From: Verrucomicrobiota bacterium | Lineage (GTDB): Bacteria > Verrucomicrobiota > Verrucomicrobiia > CAIQCK01 | Assembly (NCBI GenBank): GCA_016222825.1 | Contig: JACRQF010000014.1 | Span: 419,300-483,299, forward strand | DNA length: 64,000 nt | Direction: 5' to 3' | Part shown: positions 17,668 through 27,848 of the stretch, piece by piece | How the letters are laid out: each line of letters begins with the position of its first letter | Position numbering within the stretch: position 1 is the stretch's first letter | Program-made: the position numbers and the translations under genes | The notes under the pieces: model-generated | Database searches by the model: none | What the model was told of the DNA's origin: nothing | What the model saw: the letters and a program-made list of their open reading frames with translations, nothing else

Positions 17668-19146
17668 ATGAAAACGCGCACGCTGTTCGCTCTGGCATGG
17701 ATCGCGACGCTCACGCCCGCCATCGCTGCCGACCAACTCTCCCGCCCCAACATCCTCGTCATCTACACCGACGACCAGTCGCATCGCACCGTCGGCTGTT
17801 ACACCGAGGCGTATCCGTGGGTCAAGACGCCGAACATTGACCGGCTCGCCAAGGAAGGCGTGCGGTTCGTCAGCGGCTACTGCGGAACATGGTGCGCACC
17901 GAGCCGGGCGATGTTCCTTACCGGCCTGCAACCCCACGCCATCCGCGGCCTGAAGTTCGCCAAAAACCCGCACAGCACCTACGACCCCGCAGTCTGCCGG
18001 TTCTGGCCCGCGGCGCTGCGCAAGGCCGGCTATCGCACCGCGCAAATCGGCAAGTGGCACCTCTCCACCGACGCCGGCCACGGCCGCGATTGGGACCATT
18101 CCGTCGTCTGGTTCCACTCCGACCCGAAGGCCGCGGGCGGTTACTATCGCAACCAGAAACTCAGCTTCGACGGCGGCCCGCTCACCGCCGTCGGCGGCTA
18201 CTCCACCGACAACTACACCCGCTACGCGCTCGATTTCATCCGCCGCCCGCACGACAAACCGTGGCTGCTCTGGCTCTGCTACGACGCCGTCCACAGCCCT
18301 TACCTGCCCGCCGAGCGCCACCAGTCCCGCTACACCGCCAACGAACCAGTGCCGACGCCCGCCGACATCTTCCCGCCGCGCCCGACCAAGCCCGCCTACA
18401 TGCACCGCTACGGCGTCTGGTCGCCCGGCCCCGACGGCGTGCCGGTCAACTCCAAGAACCGCGCGCTGCCCGACGTCGTGCGCCAGTATAACCGCGCCGT
18501 GCTCGGCCTCGACGAAGGCGTCGGTCGGCTCCTGGACACGCTGGAGCAAACTGGCCAGCTCGCCAGCACCCTCGTCGTCTTCACCTCCGACCAGGGTTTC
18601 GCGTGGGGCCAGCACGGCTTCGAGTGGAAAGTGGCGCCCTACGACGCCAACCTGCGCGCGCCCTTCATCGTGCGCCTGCCCGGCCGCGCCGCCGCGGGCA
18701 AAGTCTGCCGTCATCCCGTGGCCATGCTCGACCTCATCCCCACGATCTTCGCGCTGGCCGGCACGCCGCCGCCGTGGCCCCTGCACGGCCACGACCTCAG
18801 CCCCCTCCTGAAAAACCCCGACGCCCCGTGGCCCCATCCGGTGATGCTGGAATTCTTCGGCCATCGTTTCGGCGAGGAAACCGACCGTGCCCTGACCGGC
18901 AACGACGGCCTCGGTGGCGTCCCGTGGTGGCTCTCGCTGCGTCAGGGCCGCCACAAATACATTCGCACCCTCGTGGAAAGCGAAATCGAAGAACTCTACG
19001 ACCTCGAAAGCGACCCCGAGGAACTGACCAACCTCGCCCTCGTCCCCGAGCACCGCGCCACGCTGAAAGATTTCCGCGCGCGGCTCATCGCCGAACTGAA
19101 GCGCACAAACGCCGGACTGATCAAGAACCTGCCGGAGCCAAAGTAG
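17668..19146 (+). CDS. Sulfatase, tandem paralog of 16163..17662
   Basis: PNILVIYTDDQS, CAPSR motif. Collinear similarity with the upstream sulfatase to the C-terminus (LYDLE.DP.E..NLA). Confidence 0.8.
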   Translation: MKTRTLFALAWIATLTPAIAADQLSRPNILVIYTDDQSHRTVGCYTEAYPWVKTPNIDRLAKEGVRFVSGYCGTWCAPSRAMFLTGLQPHAIRGLKFAKNPHSTYDPAVCRFWPAALRKAGYRTAQIGKWHLSTDAGHGRDWDHSVVWFHSDPKAAGGYYRNQKLSFDGGPLTAVGGYSTDNYTRYALDFIRRPHDKPWLLWLCYDAVHSPYLPAERHQSRYTANEPVPTPADIFPPRPTKPAYMHRYGVWSPGPDGVPVNSKNRALPDVVRQYNRAVLGLDEGVGRLLDTLEQTGQLASTLVVFTSDQGFAWGQHGFEWKVAPYDANLRAPFIVRLPGRAAAGKVCRHPVAMLDLIPTIFALAGTPPPWPLHGHDLSPLLKNPDAPWPHPVMLEFFGHRFGEETDRALTGNDGLGGVPWWLSLRQGRHKYIRTLVESEIEELYDLESDPEELTNLALVPEHRATLKDFRARLIAELKRTNAGLIKNLPEPK

Positions 19147-19177
19147 TCATTACGCTCCGCGTGATGACTATCGACGG

Positions 19178-20140
19178 CTACTTGCCTGCTCCTGCTCCCC
19201 GTTTAGCTTCGAAAGCGTGACGCGCTCGCTCTTTCTTGTCCTCATTCTTGCATTTCAGACTGTGCTCCAAGAACTGCTGCTTCAGCTTTTCGGGCACGAG
19301 ATCAATCTCATTCGGACGCTGCTTGTAGAAGTCCCACCCACCAAACAAGCGAGCCGCACCTTCGACTTGCTGCTCCGTCAGCTTTCTCTCCCGAATTGCT
19401 CCAATGATAGCTCCAGTCTCGTGGAGAAGGAGCAACTCCTCGGCAACGGTCTCGTAGCTAGGGAATCCAGACCACGGACCCTCCCCGGAACCGAACCATT
19501 TCAGCAGTGCGAGAATCCGCTCCTTCTCATCCGGGAACTGTTTGGAAAGGGCCAACTGCATTTCTGCGGTCTTACTTGTTCCCATGGGGTCACCCATCGT
19601 GCCCCAAAACGGTTTCAATGAACTTGGCATGGTAGAGAGCCACTTCTTCTGGGACGCTTCAGCTTTCTTCTGAAGACGAAGACTCTCTTCGACTTGTTCT
19701 TGAGGCCCTCGAATCCCGTGGGCGGTGAACCACTTCACGAGGAAACTAGCGCTCCCTTTTGTCAGCAAGCCATCCCCTTTCCATTTGCCATCAGGCCAGC
19801 GCAAACTCTGCGCGTGATGGAACCCAAGTGACAGCAGCAACGTGTCGGCGCGGTAAAACTCCAACGTCGGATTACCGCAACACATGCAGTGAAATCCGCT
19901 ATGGTTCGCGTCAATCCGAATCTGTTGGATTACCTTTGCAACTTCCTTGGCATTGCCAACATCAAGAAGGGTCTTTTCTTCACTGGGCCGGCGGTGACAT
20001 GTGCCTCCGCTACGAATACGAAGCCTCGTTGCTCCATCAAGCACTTTGTGAAGCATAGCTGTCCAGTCTTCCTTGTCTGAACCAGCTTCACAGTTGACGA
20101 CAACCCAAACCGCCGTCAGGAAAAAGAGAACTGCTTTCAT
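19178..20140 (-). CDS. Hypothetical secreted protein encoded in a low-GC (~50%) island. Probably horizontally acquired
   Basis: Sharp compositional drop relative to the ~65% GC flanks. Signal-peptide-like MKAVLFFLTAVWVVVNC. No family recognised. An alternative start lies at 20161. Confidence 0.45.
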   Translation of the reverse strand: MKAVLFFLTAVWVVVNCEAGSDKEDWTAMLHKVLDGATRLRIRSGGTCHRRPSEEKTLLDVGNAKEVAKVIQQIRIDANHSGFHCMCCGNPTLEFYRADTLLLSLGFHHAQSLRWPDGKWKGDGLLTKGSASFLVKWFTAHGIRGPQEQVEESLRLQKKAEASQKKWLSTMPSSLKPFWGTMGDPMGTSKTAEMQLALSKQFPDEKERILALLKWFGSGEGPWSGFPSYETVAEELLLLHETGAIIGAIRERKLTEQQVEGAARLFGGWDFYKQRPNEIDLVPEKLKQQFLEHSLKCKNEDKKERARHAFEAKRGAGAGK

Positions 20141-20329
20141 TCTGTCGATTCGGCGAACCATTCACGGAAAGTGGCAAGATATTCGGGAAGCGAGCCGTTT
20201 CATGTGTCTATCGCGCAGACTGTCACGCTGCTCGTTGCACGTCAAGCGCAGCAACTGCGCAAACGCAGGCTTTGCTTGCGCCGTGCGCCGGAGTAGAACT
20301 CTCGCCACGCAAACACAGGTTTCCGCATC

Positions 20330-21289
20330 ATGAACGCACCTCTGATCGCTATTGGCGCCGCGCTGTGGCTGGCGGCGGGTTTTGCAGACGCGCAGACAGC
20401 AGCGCCCGCCGCACGCCCCAACATCCTCTGGCTCACCGCCGAGGACATCTGCCCGAACCTCGGTTGCTACGGCGACACGTATGCCGTCACGCCAAACCTC
20501 GACCGGTTCGCCACGCAGGCGGTGCGTTACACGCAGGCGTTTGGCATCACCGGCGTCTGCGCGCCGAACCGCTCGTGCCTCATCACCGGCGTGTTCCCGA
20601 CGCGGCTCGGCAGCCACGGGATGCGCTCGACGACGACGCTGCCGGCGGCGGTGAAGTGTTTCAGCGAATACCTGCACGAGGCGGGTTACTACTGTTCCAA
20701 CAACGCCAAGACCGACTACAACTTCGCGGTGCCGAAGGACGCGTGGGACGAGTGCAGCCGCAAGGGGCACTGGCGCAACCGCAAGCCGGGCCAGCCGTTC
20801 TTCGCCGTGTTCAACCACGAGGTCTGCCACGAGGGCCAGATCCGAGTGCCAGAGGCGCAATATCAGGAGAACACCGCGCGCCTGACGCCCGCGCAGCGCC
20901 ACGATCCCGCCAAGGCGCCGGTGCCGCCGTTTCATCCCGACACGCCGGAGGTGCGCCGCGATTGGGCGCGCTACTACGACAACATCACCGCGATGGACTA
21001 CCAGATCGCCGACAAGCTCAAGGAACTGGAGGACGCCGGCCTCGCCGAGGACACCATCGTCTTCTTCTTCGGCGACAACGGCACGGGCCTGCCGGGGATG
21101 AAGAAGTGGATTTGGGAAGGCGGCATCCACGTGCCGCTGATGGTCCGCTTCCCGAAGAAATGGCAGCACCTCGCACCCGCTGCGCCTCCGCCGTTTCCCG
21201 CCAGTCGTCAACCCGCCCTGCGCACTGGAAACTCCTCGCTTGCTGCTCGCAAACGCGGCCGATTCAGCGCATCTTGGTCGCATGGCTAA
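20330..21289 (+). pseudogene. Sulfatase lacking its C-terminal subdomain (3'-truncated remnant)
   Basis: The N-terminal 290 aa are a good sulfatase (CAPNRS formylglycine motif, FFGDNGTG). The sequence diverges from the sulfatase fold after IHVPLMVRFPKKWQHLAP into Pro/Ala-rich non-homologous sequence and stops. No sulfatase C-terminal motifs appear in any frame before the next gene. Confidence 0.5.
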
Positions 21290-21445
21290 GAAAGCAAAGA
21301 AGTCGCAGTTTCATCAGCACATCTCGACGTTTCATCGGGTTGCGGCTCAGAAAACCAATCCGTTGAAGGGTGTGAGCCGCAAGACCGCCCCGACGAAGCC
21401 GCCGAAAATCGGTTGATCTGTCCGCTCACCTTGGTCCGCGCATCC

Positions 21446-23282
21446 ATGAGTTCGCCCACGCCTGCTTTGCTTTCCGCCAACGAGGTAGCCCTCAGCTTCG
21501 GGCTTGATCGCGTGCTGGACGGGGTTGTGCTGTCGGTGGCGCCGGGAGAGAAGGTGGGGTTGGTCGGGCGCAACGGCTGCGGGAAGACGAGTTTGTTGAA
21601 AATCCTCGCGGGGGCCAGGCAGGCCGATGCGGGGGAGATCTCGCGGCGGCGCGGCCTGCGGGTCGGGTATCTGCCGCAGGAGTTCGAGCTGGATGGCAAC
21701 AAGACGGTGCGGGAGAACATCGAGGCGGGGGCGAGCGATTTGATGGAGTGGCTGCGTTGTTACGAGGCCGGCCACCGCAGCGACGCGGAGATGGCGGAGT
21801 TGCAGCACAAGATCGAGGTGGCGGACGGCTGGAACCTGCAGGCGCGGATCAAGGCCGACGCGACGGCGCTGGGCACGCCGCCGCTGGACGCGCTGGTCGG
21901 GCCGTTGTCGGGCGGCGAGAAGCGGCGCGTGGCGCTCTGCCGCGCGCTGGTGCCGCAGCCGGACTTGTTGTTGCTCGATGAGCCGACGAACCATCTCGAC
22001 GCGGAGACGATCCGCTGGGTGGATTGCCACGCGGATCATCGAGCTGGCCGACGGCCGGTGTTTCTCGCATCCGGGCAACTACACGGCGTATCTGGAATCG
22101 AAAGCGATCCGCCAGCAGATCGCAGAGCAGTCGGAGCGGCGGCGGCAGCGGTTCCTGCGCGTCGAACTCGAGTGGGTGCGCTCCGGCGTCCGGGCACAGC
22201 GGTCGAAGGCGCGGCACCGGATGGACACGTTTTATCAGGTGGCCGGGCTGGAAGCGCCGCCGGAGGAGCGGGAGATGGATCTGTTGATCCCGCCCGCGCC
22301 GGAGCTGGGCAATATCGCGGTGAACGTGGCCGAGGCGGGCGCGAAGGTCGGCAAAGGCGCCGGCGAGCGCTGGCTGTTTCACGGGCTGACGTTTGCGCTG
22401 AAGCCGGGCGAATGCACCGGCGTGGTGGGCCGCAACGGCGTTGGCAAGACGACGTTGCTGCGCACCTGCATGGGCGAGCGCGCGCCGGACGAGGGCGTCG
22501 TCACGATCGGGAAGAAGGTGACGTTCAACTACATTGACCAGGCCCGGATGCAGCTCAACGGCGCGAACTCAGTGCTGGATGAGATTTCAGGCGGCAGCGA
22601 GACGATCCTGTTCGGCGACCAAAGGCTCAGCGCGCGCTCCTATCTGCGGCGGTTTCTTTTCACCGATGAGCGCGTGAAGGAACCCGTGGACCATCTCTCC
22701 GGCGGCGAGCGGGCGCGGCTGATGCTGGCGAAGGTGTTGCGGCGCGGCGGCAACGTGCTGGTGCTGGACGAGCCAACCAACGATCTCGACCTGCCCAGCC
22801 TGCGGATGCTGGAGGAGGCGCTGGCGGATTTTGACGGCAGTGTGCTGGTGGTGAGCCACGACCGCTATTTCCTGGACCGCATCTGTGACCAGATCGTGTC
22901 CTTCGAGGACGGCGGCGTGTTCGTGCAGCCGGGCAACTACTCGTATTATCTGGAGAAGCGGAAGGAGCGCGCGCAGCGCGAGAAGCCGGCAACAGATACC
23001 GCTACCAAACCCCTCACGCTTGAACCGGAATCCGCGTCACCCAAACCCGACCGCCCCCGCAAGCTGAGTTTCAAGGAGCAGCGCGAATTTGCCGGCATGG
23101 AAGCCGCGATCCATGCAGCGGAAGCGCGCGCAGCGGAGATCGAAACGGCGTTGAACGATCCCAACTTCTACACCACGCGCGCAAAGGAAGCGCCGGGTCT
23201 CATCGCCGAACTGGAAGCCACGAAGACCGAAGTGGCCCGCCTCTACGCCCGCTGGGAGGAACTGGACCGGATCGCCCGGTAA
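21446..23282 (+). pseudogene. ABC-F family ATPase (EttA/Uup-like, two ABC domains) disrupted by an internal deletion and frameshift near 22020
   Basis: Domain 1: GRNGCGKTS, LSGGEKRRVALCRAL, LLLDEPTNHLDAETIRWV. The reading frame then shifts +1 and resumes at IATRIIELADGRCFSHPGNYTAY. The ~22 aa normally between the two (including the H-loop SHDRxFLD) are missing. Domain 2 is intact (GRNGVGKTT, LSGGERARL, VLVLDEPTNDLD, SHDRYFLD). Confidence 0.55.
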
Positions 23283-23355
23283 TCGGCGGACGCCAGGACC
23301 GCGGAAGAATGGAAACTTGTTCCCGAGAAGCGTGTTTAATCGTTCCGTCAACATT

Positions 23356-24189
23356 ATGAATAAACTCAATCGCCGTGCCATCCTTGTCTTGTGCGCCGCC
23401 GTGCTCGCGCTGACCCTCAACGCGAGGGCGCGAGCCGCCGCGGATGCCGGCGAGTCGTCTTTGCAGCGCGTGGAGTTCAAGGTGGAGGGCGTCGCGCGCG
23501 AAACGCTCGTTTACGCGCCAGCGGCAGCGAAGACGACGAAGACACCGCTGGTGTTCGTGTTCCACGGCCACGGCGGCAACTCGCGGCAGGCATCGCGCTC
23601 GCTCTGCATCCACCGCGTCTGGCCGGAAGTTATCGTCGTCTATCCGCAGGGGCTGAACACGCCCGGCCGGCTGACCGACCCGGAGGGCAAGAAGCCCGGC
23701 TGGCAGGCGCGCCTCGGCGACCAGCAGGACCGCGATCTGAAGTTCTTCGACGCGATGCTCGCGCGGCTCAAGCAGGACTACAAAGTGGACGAGAAGCGCA
23801 TCTACTGCACCGGCCACTCGAACGGCGGCGCGTTCACTTACATGCTGTGGGCTGCGCGCGGCGAAGTCTTCGCCGCTGTTGCGCCATCAGCCGCGGCGGC
23901 GGTGCCGCAGCTTCAGATCCGGTTGAAACCGAAGCCCGCCTTCCATCTTGCCGGGGAGAAAGACCCGCTCGTGAAGTTCGAGTGGCAGCAGATGACGATG
24001 GGCGCCGTGCGCAAGCTCAACGGCTGCGCCGCGGACGGGAAGGAGTGGGCGAAGAACTGCACGCTTTATCCCTCCAAGACCGGCACGCCGTTCGTCGCGT
24101 TCATCCACTCCGGCGGCCACGGTTTCCCAGCTGAAGCGCCGGCGTTGATGGTGAAGTTCTTCAAGGAGCATCCAGCGGCGGCGAAGTAA
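23356..24189 (+). CDS. Secreted esterase (PHB-depolymerase/CE1-like alpha/beta hydrolase)
   Basis: Signal peptide, and GHSNGG nucleophile elbow in CTGHSNGGAFTYMLW. ATG 23356 (the track starts at 23317). Confidence 0.55.
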   Translation: MNKLNRRAILVLCAAVLALTLNARARAAADAGESSLQRVEFKVEGVARETLVYAPAAAKTTKTPLVFVFHGHGGNSRQASRSLCIHRVWPEVIVVYPQGLNTPGRLTDPEGKKPGWQARLGDQQDRDLKFFDAMLARLKQDYKVDEKRIYCTGHSNGGAFTYMLWAARGEVFAAVAPSAAAAVPQLQIRLKPKPAFHLAGEKDPLVKFEWQQMTMGAVRKLNGCAADGKEWAKNCTLYPSKTGTPFVAFIHSGGHGFPAEAPALMVKFFKEHPAAAK

Positions 24190-24201
24190 CGCGGGAGCGG
24201 G

Positions 24202-25590
24202 CTAGTCGTCTTCGACCGTTGCCGCCTGAGCGACTGGAGGCGGCGGGGCTTCGGCGACGGCCGATGGATGGCCGAGATTGGCACGGAGGGTTTCCTTAGT
24301 GACTTCCCCTTCCCAACGGCTGATGACGACGGTGGCGACGCCGTTGCCGATGAGGTTGGTCACTGCGCGGCACTCGCTCATGAAGCGGTCAATGCCCACC
24401 AGCAACGCGAGCGACTCGATCGGCACGCTCGGCACTACCGCCAGCGTTGCCGCGAGCGTGACGAAGCCCGCGCCAGTGACACCGCTGGCGCCCTTGGAGG
24501 AGATCATCGCCACGAGCAGCAACGTAATCTGATGGTGGAGGTCGAGCGGCGTGTTGGTGGCCTGCGCGAGGAAGACGGCGGCCATCGTCATGTAGATGTT
24601 GGTGCCGTCGAGGTTGAAGCTGTAGCCGGTCGGGATGACGAGGCCGACGGTGGCGTCGGCGCAACCGAGCCGCCGCATCTTTTCGATCATGCCCGGCAGC
24701 GCCGTCTCGGAGGAACTGGTGCCGATGGTCAGCAGCAACTCCTCCTTGATGTAGCCAAGGTAACGGATGATGGAGAAGCCGTTATACCAGGCGATCGCGC
24801 CGAGCACGATGAGGACGAACAGGCCCGACGTCACGTAGAAGCTTACCATGAGCGCGAGCAGGCGGTTAAGCGCGCCGAGGCCGTAGCTGCCGACGGTGAA
24901 CCCCATCGCGCCGAATGCCCCGATCGGGGCGGCCCGGACGATGATGTGCATGATGCCGAAGAACACCTTCGTGACGTATTCAATGCCCCGCAACAACGGC
25001 GGGCCATGCGGCCCCATGAAGCTGATGGCCGCGGCGGTCAGTCCCGCCACGAAAAGCACCTGCAACAGGTCGCCCGTCGCGAACGCCCCGAAGAAGGTGC
25101 TTGGGATGATGTTGAGGAGAAACTCGACGGTGTCCAACCGGTGCGCATTGTTCGCGTAGGTCTGGCCGACGCTGGGGTCGAGAGTCTTGGGATCAATGTT
25201 GAAGCCGTCGCCGGGCCGGAGGTAATTGACCACCACCAGGCCGATGACGAGCGCGATGGTGGAGACGACTTCGAAATAGACGACGGTCTTGATGCCGATG
25301 CGGCCGAGTTTCTTCAGGTCGCGCATCGAGGCGATGCCATGCACGACGGTGCAGAAGATGATCGGCGCGATGATCAGCTTAATCAGCTTGATGAACCCGT
25401 CCCCGAGCGGCTTGAGCGATTTGCCGAAGTCCGGGAACAAATAGCCGATGACGATGCCGAGCGCGACCGCGATCAAGACCTGGACGTAGAGGATGCGATA
25501 CCAAGCCTGCCGCGGCGGCGGAGTTTGTTGTTGGACGGTGTGGCTCACGTTGATAACGCCAGCGAAACCAAGCCGGCAAACTGAAGACAC
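24202..25590 (-). CDS. dctA: C4-dicarboxylate (Na+/H+:dicarboxylate) symporter, DAACS family
   Basis: Strong similarity to DctA throughout ([19 protein letters not shown]...[26 protein letters not shown]). GTG start at 25590. An alternative GTG lies at 25548. Confidence 0.8.
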   Translation of the reverse strand: MSSVCRLGFAGVINVSHTVQQQTPPPRQAWYRILYVQVLIAVALGIVIGYLFPDFGKSLKPLGDGFIKLIKLIIAPIIFCTVVHGIASMRDLKKLGRIGIKTVVYFEVVSTIALVIGLVVVNYLRPGDGFNIDPKTLDPSVGQTYANNAHRLDTVEFLLNIIPSTFFGAFATGDLLQVLFVAGLTAAAISFMGPHGPPLLRGIEYVTKVFFGIMHIIVRAAPIGAFGAMGFTVGSYGLGALNRLLALMVSFYVTSGLFVLIVLGAIAWYNGFSIIRYLGYIKEELLLTIGTSSSETALPGMIEKMRRLGCADATVGLVIPTGYSFNLDGTNIYMTMAAVFLAQATNTPLDLHHQITLLLVAMISSKGASGVTGAGFVTLAATLAVVPSVPIESLALLVGIDRFMSECRAVTNLIGNGVATVVISRWEGEVTKETLRANLGHPSAVAEAPPPPVAQAATVEDD

Positions 25591-25850
25591 AGTCTCAGAA
25601 AGCGGCTGGGGAAGTCAACGCGCATCCCGTTTTTTTGCTTTCACCTTCCCACCTGTCCCGGATTCATTCCGTTTGGCGACACCAGCGCCGAGTGTTGGAA
25701 CCCTAAGCCTTAAAACCGAGGTTGCGTTGAAGTTCGGGCAGTGGCAGCGTTGAAGAGCCGAAGTTGTCTTGCCGCTCTGGCCCTGAACGCGAGACCCGTG
25801 CCACGTGGACGTTTGACTTCGGCAAGAAGTGACCGTAGAGCGAATGCGCG

Positions 25851-27848
25851 ATGACGACAACTTGCTGCAACAACGAGAAAGAACACGGACCCGCGACGGG
25901 CGGGCGCACGCTCATCCTTGTCGGGAATCCAAACGTCGGCAAGAGCGTCCTCTTCAGCAAGCTCACCGGCAAGTTCGTCATCATCTCGAACTATCCCGGC
26001 ACCACCGTCGAGATCACCACCGGCCACTCCACGTTCGGCGGCAAGACCTGCGCGGTCATTGATTCGCCCGGCGTCAACGAGCTGGCGGCGCGCACCGAGG
26101 ATGCGCGCGTCACCTGCGACGTGCTGCGCGATCACCCGGAGGCGACGCTGGTGCAGGTGGCCGACGCGAAGAACCTCCGCCGCGCGCTGTTGCTGACGAT
26201 GCAACTCGCGGAGTTGAAGCGGCCGATGGTGCTCGTCCTGAACATGATGGACGAACTGGACAAGGTTGGCGGCCATATTGACGTGCGCAAGCTCGGCGAA
26301 CTGCTCGGCATCCCCGTCGTGCCGACCATCGCTACCGCGCGCACGGGCATTCATCTGCTGGAGAAATCGCTCGACCACGCCGCGACGCCGTCGAAGCTTG
26401 TCGCCGAGTTGAACGCCCAACGGCCGCCGCCGACCGCCACCGCAAACCTGCCGTGCCAGGAAGAGGATTACCAACAGAACATCGAGCGGCTCGCCCGCAT
26501 CAACGAGATCCTCGCGCAGATTTACAGCCGCGTGCGGCCAAGGAAGCCGACGTTTGCGCAGCGGCTCGGCTGGTGGGCGACACAGCCGTTGCGCGGCACG
26601 CTGCTGCTGGGACTGGTGCTCTACTTCACGTTCTGGTTCGTCGGGCTGCTCGGCGCGGGCACGTTCGTGGAATTCTTCGAGAACGCGATCTTCAACCGCC
26701 ACATCAGCCCCGTGGCGATTCATCTGGTGGACGCGGTCCTGCCGTTCCCGCATCAGCACAAGCACGAGGTCTCCGAATACAAACTGGAGATTCCGTTGCT
26801 GCCGCATCGCAGCATCGAGTTGTTTTCCAGCACCGAGCAGGTTCTGTCGCCGGCCTACGCGGTGAATCCAGGCGCGGCGCACGGCGCGTGGAGCGGTGTC
26901 ATCCGGTTCATTCACGATTTTCTGGTTGGTGAATACGGCCTGATCACGATGGCGCTGAGCTACGGCTTCGCCATCGTGCTGCCGATCGTGACGACGTTTT
27001 TCCTGCTCTTCAGCGTGCTGGAAGATTCCGGCTACCTCTCGCGGCTGGCGGTGATGGTGAACCGCATCTTCCGAGCTATGGGCCTCAACGGCAAGGCGGT
27101 GCTGCCGATGGTGCTCGGCCTCGGCTGCGACACAATGGCGACGATGACCACGCGCATCCTGGAAACGCGCAAGGAGCGCGTCATCACCACGCTGTTGCTG
27201 GCGCTGGCGGTGCCGTGCTCGGCGCAACTTGGCGTGTTGATGGCGATGACAGCGCGCGTGTCGTGGGGCGCGGCGGCGTTCTGGGTCGCGCTGATGGTCG
27301 CCATCGCGTTCGTCGTCGGCTGGTTGGCGGCGAAACTGCATCACGGCGCGTCGAGCGATTTCATCCTGGAACTGCCACCGATGCGCCGGCCGGAGTTGGG
27401 CAACGTCGTCATCAAAACGCTGGCGCGGCTGGAATGGTATCTGAAGGAGGTCATCCCGCTGTTCGTGCTCGGCACGGCGGTTTTGTTCCTCTTCGACAAA
27501 TTGAACCTGCTGGAGAAGATCACAAGCTTCGGCGAGCCGATCGTAACGGGCTGGCTCGGCCTGCCGCGCGACACGGCGAATGCGTTTCTCATCGGCTTCC
27601 TGCGGCGCGATTACGGCGCGGTCTATCTGCTCGACGCGGCGACCGGGCCGAACCCGACGTTGTCGCCGCACCAGATTCTGGTTTCGATGGTGACGATCAC
27701 GCTCTTCATGCCGTGCATCGCGACGTTGTTCATGATCGCCCGCGAGCTGGGCAAGAAAACCGCCACCGTCATCACGATCTTCGTGTTTGTGTTCGCTTTC
27801 TTCGTCGGCGGGCTGGTGCATCATCTGGGGAGATGGATCGGACTGTGA
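25851..27848 (+). CDS. feoB: Ferrous iron transporter FeoB (N-terminal GTPase plus membrane domain)
   Basis: G1 motif GNPNVGKS, G-domain and the multi-pass membrane region are conserved. 665 aa. Confidence 0.85.
   Translation: MTTTCCNNEKEHGPATGGRTLILVGNPNVGKSVLFSKLTGKFVIISNYPGTTVEITTGHSTFGGKTCAVIDSPGVNELAARTEDARVTCDVLRDHPEATLVQVADAKNLRRALLLTMQLAELKRPMVLVLNMMDELDKVGGHIDVRKLGELLGIPVVPTIATARTGIHLLEKSLDHAATPSKLVAELNAQRPPPTATANLPCQEEDYQQNIERLARINEILAQIYSRVRPRKPTFAQRLGWWATQPLRGTLLLGLVLYFTFWFVGLLGAGTFVEFFENAIFNRHISPVAIHLVDAVLPFPHQHKHEVSEYKLEIPLLPHRSIELFSSTEQVLSPAYAVNPGAAHGAWSGVIRFIHDFLVGEYGLITMALSYGFAIVLPIVTTFFLLFSVLEDSGYLSRLAVMVNRIFRAMGLNGKAVLPMVLGLGCDTMATMTTRILETRKERVITTLLLALAVPCSAQLGVLMAMTARVSWGAAAFWVALMVAIAFVVGWLAAKLHHGASSDFILELPPMRRPELGNVVIKTLARLEWYLKEVIPLFVLGTAVLFLFDKLNLLEKITSFGEPIVTGWLGLPRDTANAFLIGFLRRDYGAVYLLDAATGPNPTLSPHQILVSMVTITLFMPCIATLFMIARELGKKTATVITIFVFVFAFFVGGLVHHLGRWIGL

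Noticed and set aside
14448-19053. Antisense ORFs 14448..15596 (-), 16523..17452 (-) and 17503..19053 (-) opposite DUF1080, HExxH and sulfatase genes
   Set aside because: Low-complexity products. The sense-strand genes are unambiguous (CxPxR sulfatases, DUF1080).
19147-19177. Short inverted repeat TAGTCAT-N13-ATGACTA between the convergent sulfatase and low-GC gene
   Set aside because: Only a 7-bp stem with no U-tract on either strand. Too weak to call a terminator.
20162-21283. 373-aa antisense ORF opposite the truncated sulfatase
   Set aside because: Arg-rich shadow frame. The sense strand has a clear sulfatase N-terminal domain.
21282-21416. 44-codon Lys-rich ORF (MAKKAKKSQFHQ...) considered as a small ribosomal-protein-like gene
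   Set aside because: No match to L34, L35, L36 or other small basic ribosomal proteins that I can recall. It lies in the debris region after the truncated sulfatase. Kept only as a note in a finding.
25591-25850. Searched the dctA/feoB divergent intergenic region for a Fur box or riboswitch
   Set aside because: No AT-rich GATAATGATAATCATTATC-like sequence. Only short GTTGAAG direct repeats and a CCACGTGG palindrome, insufficient to call.
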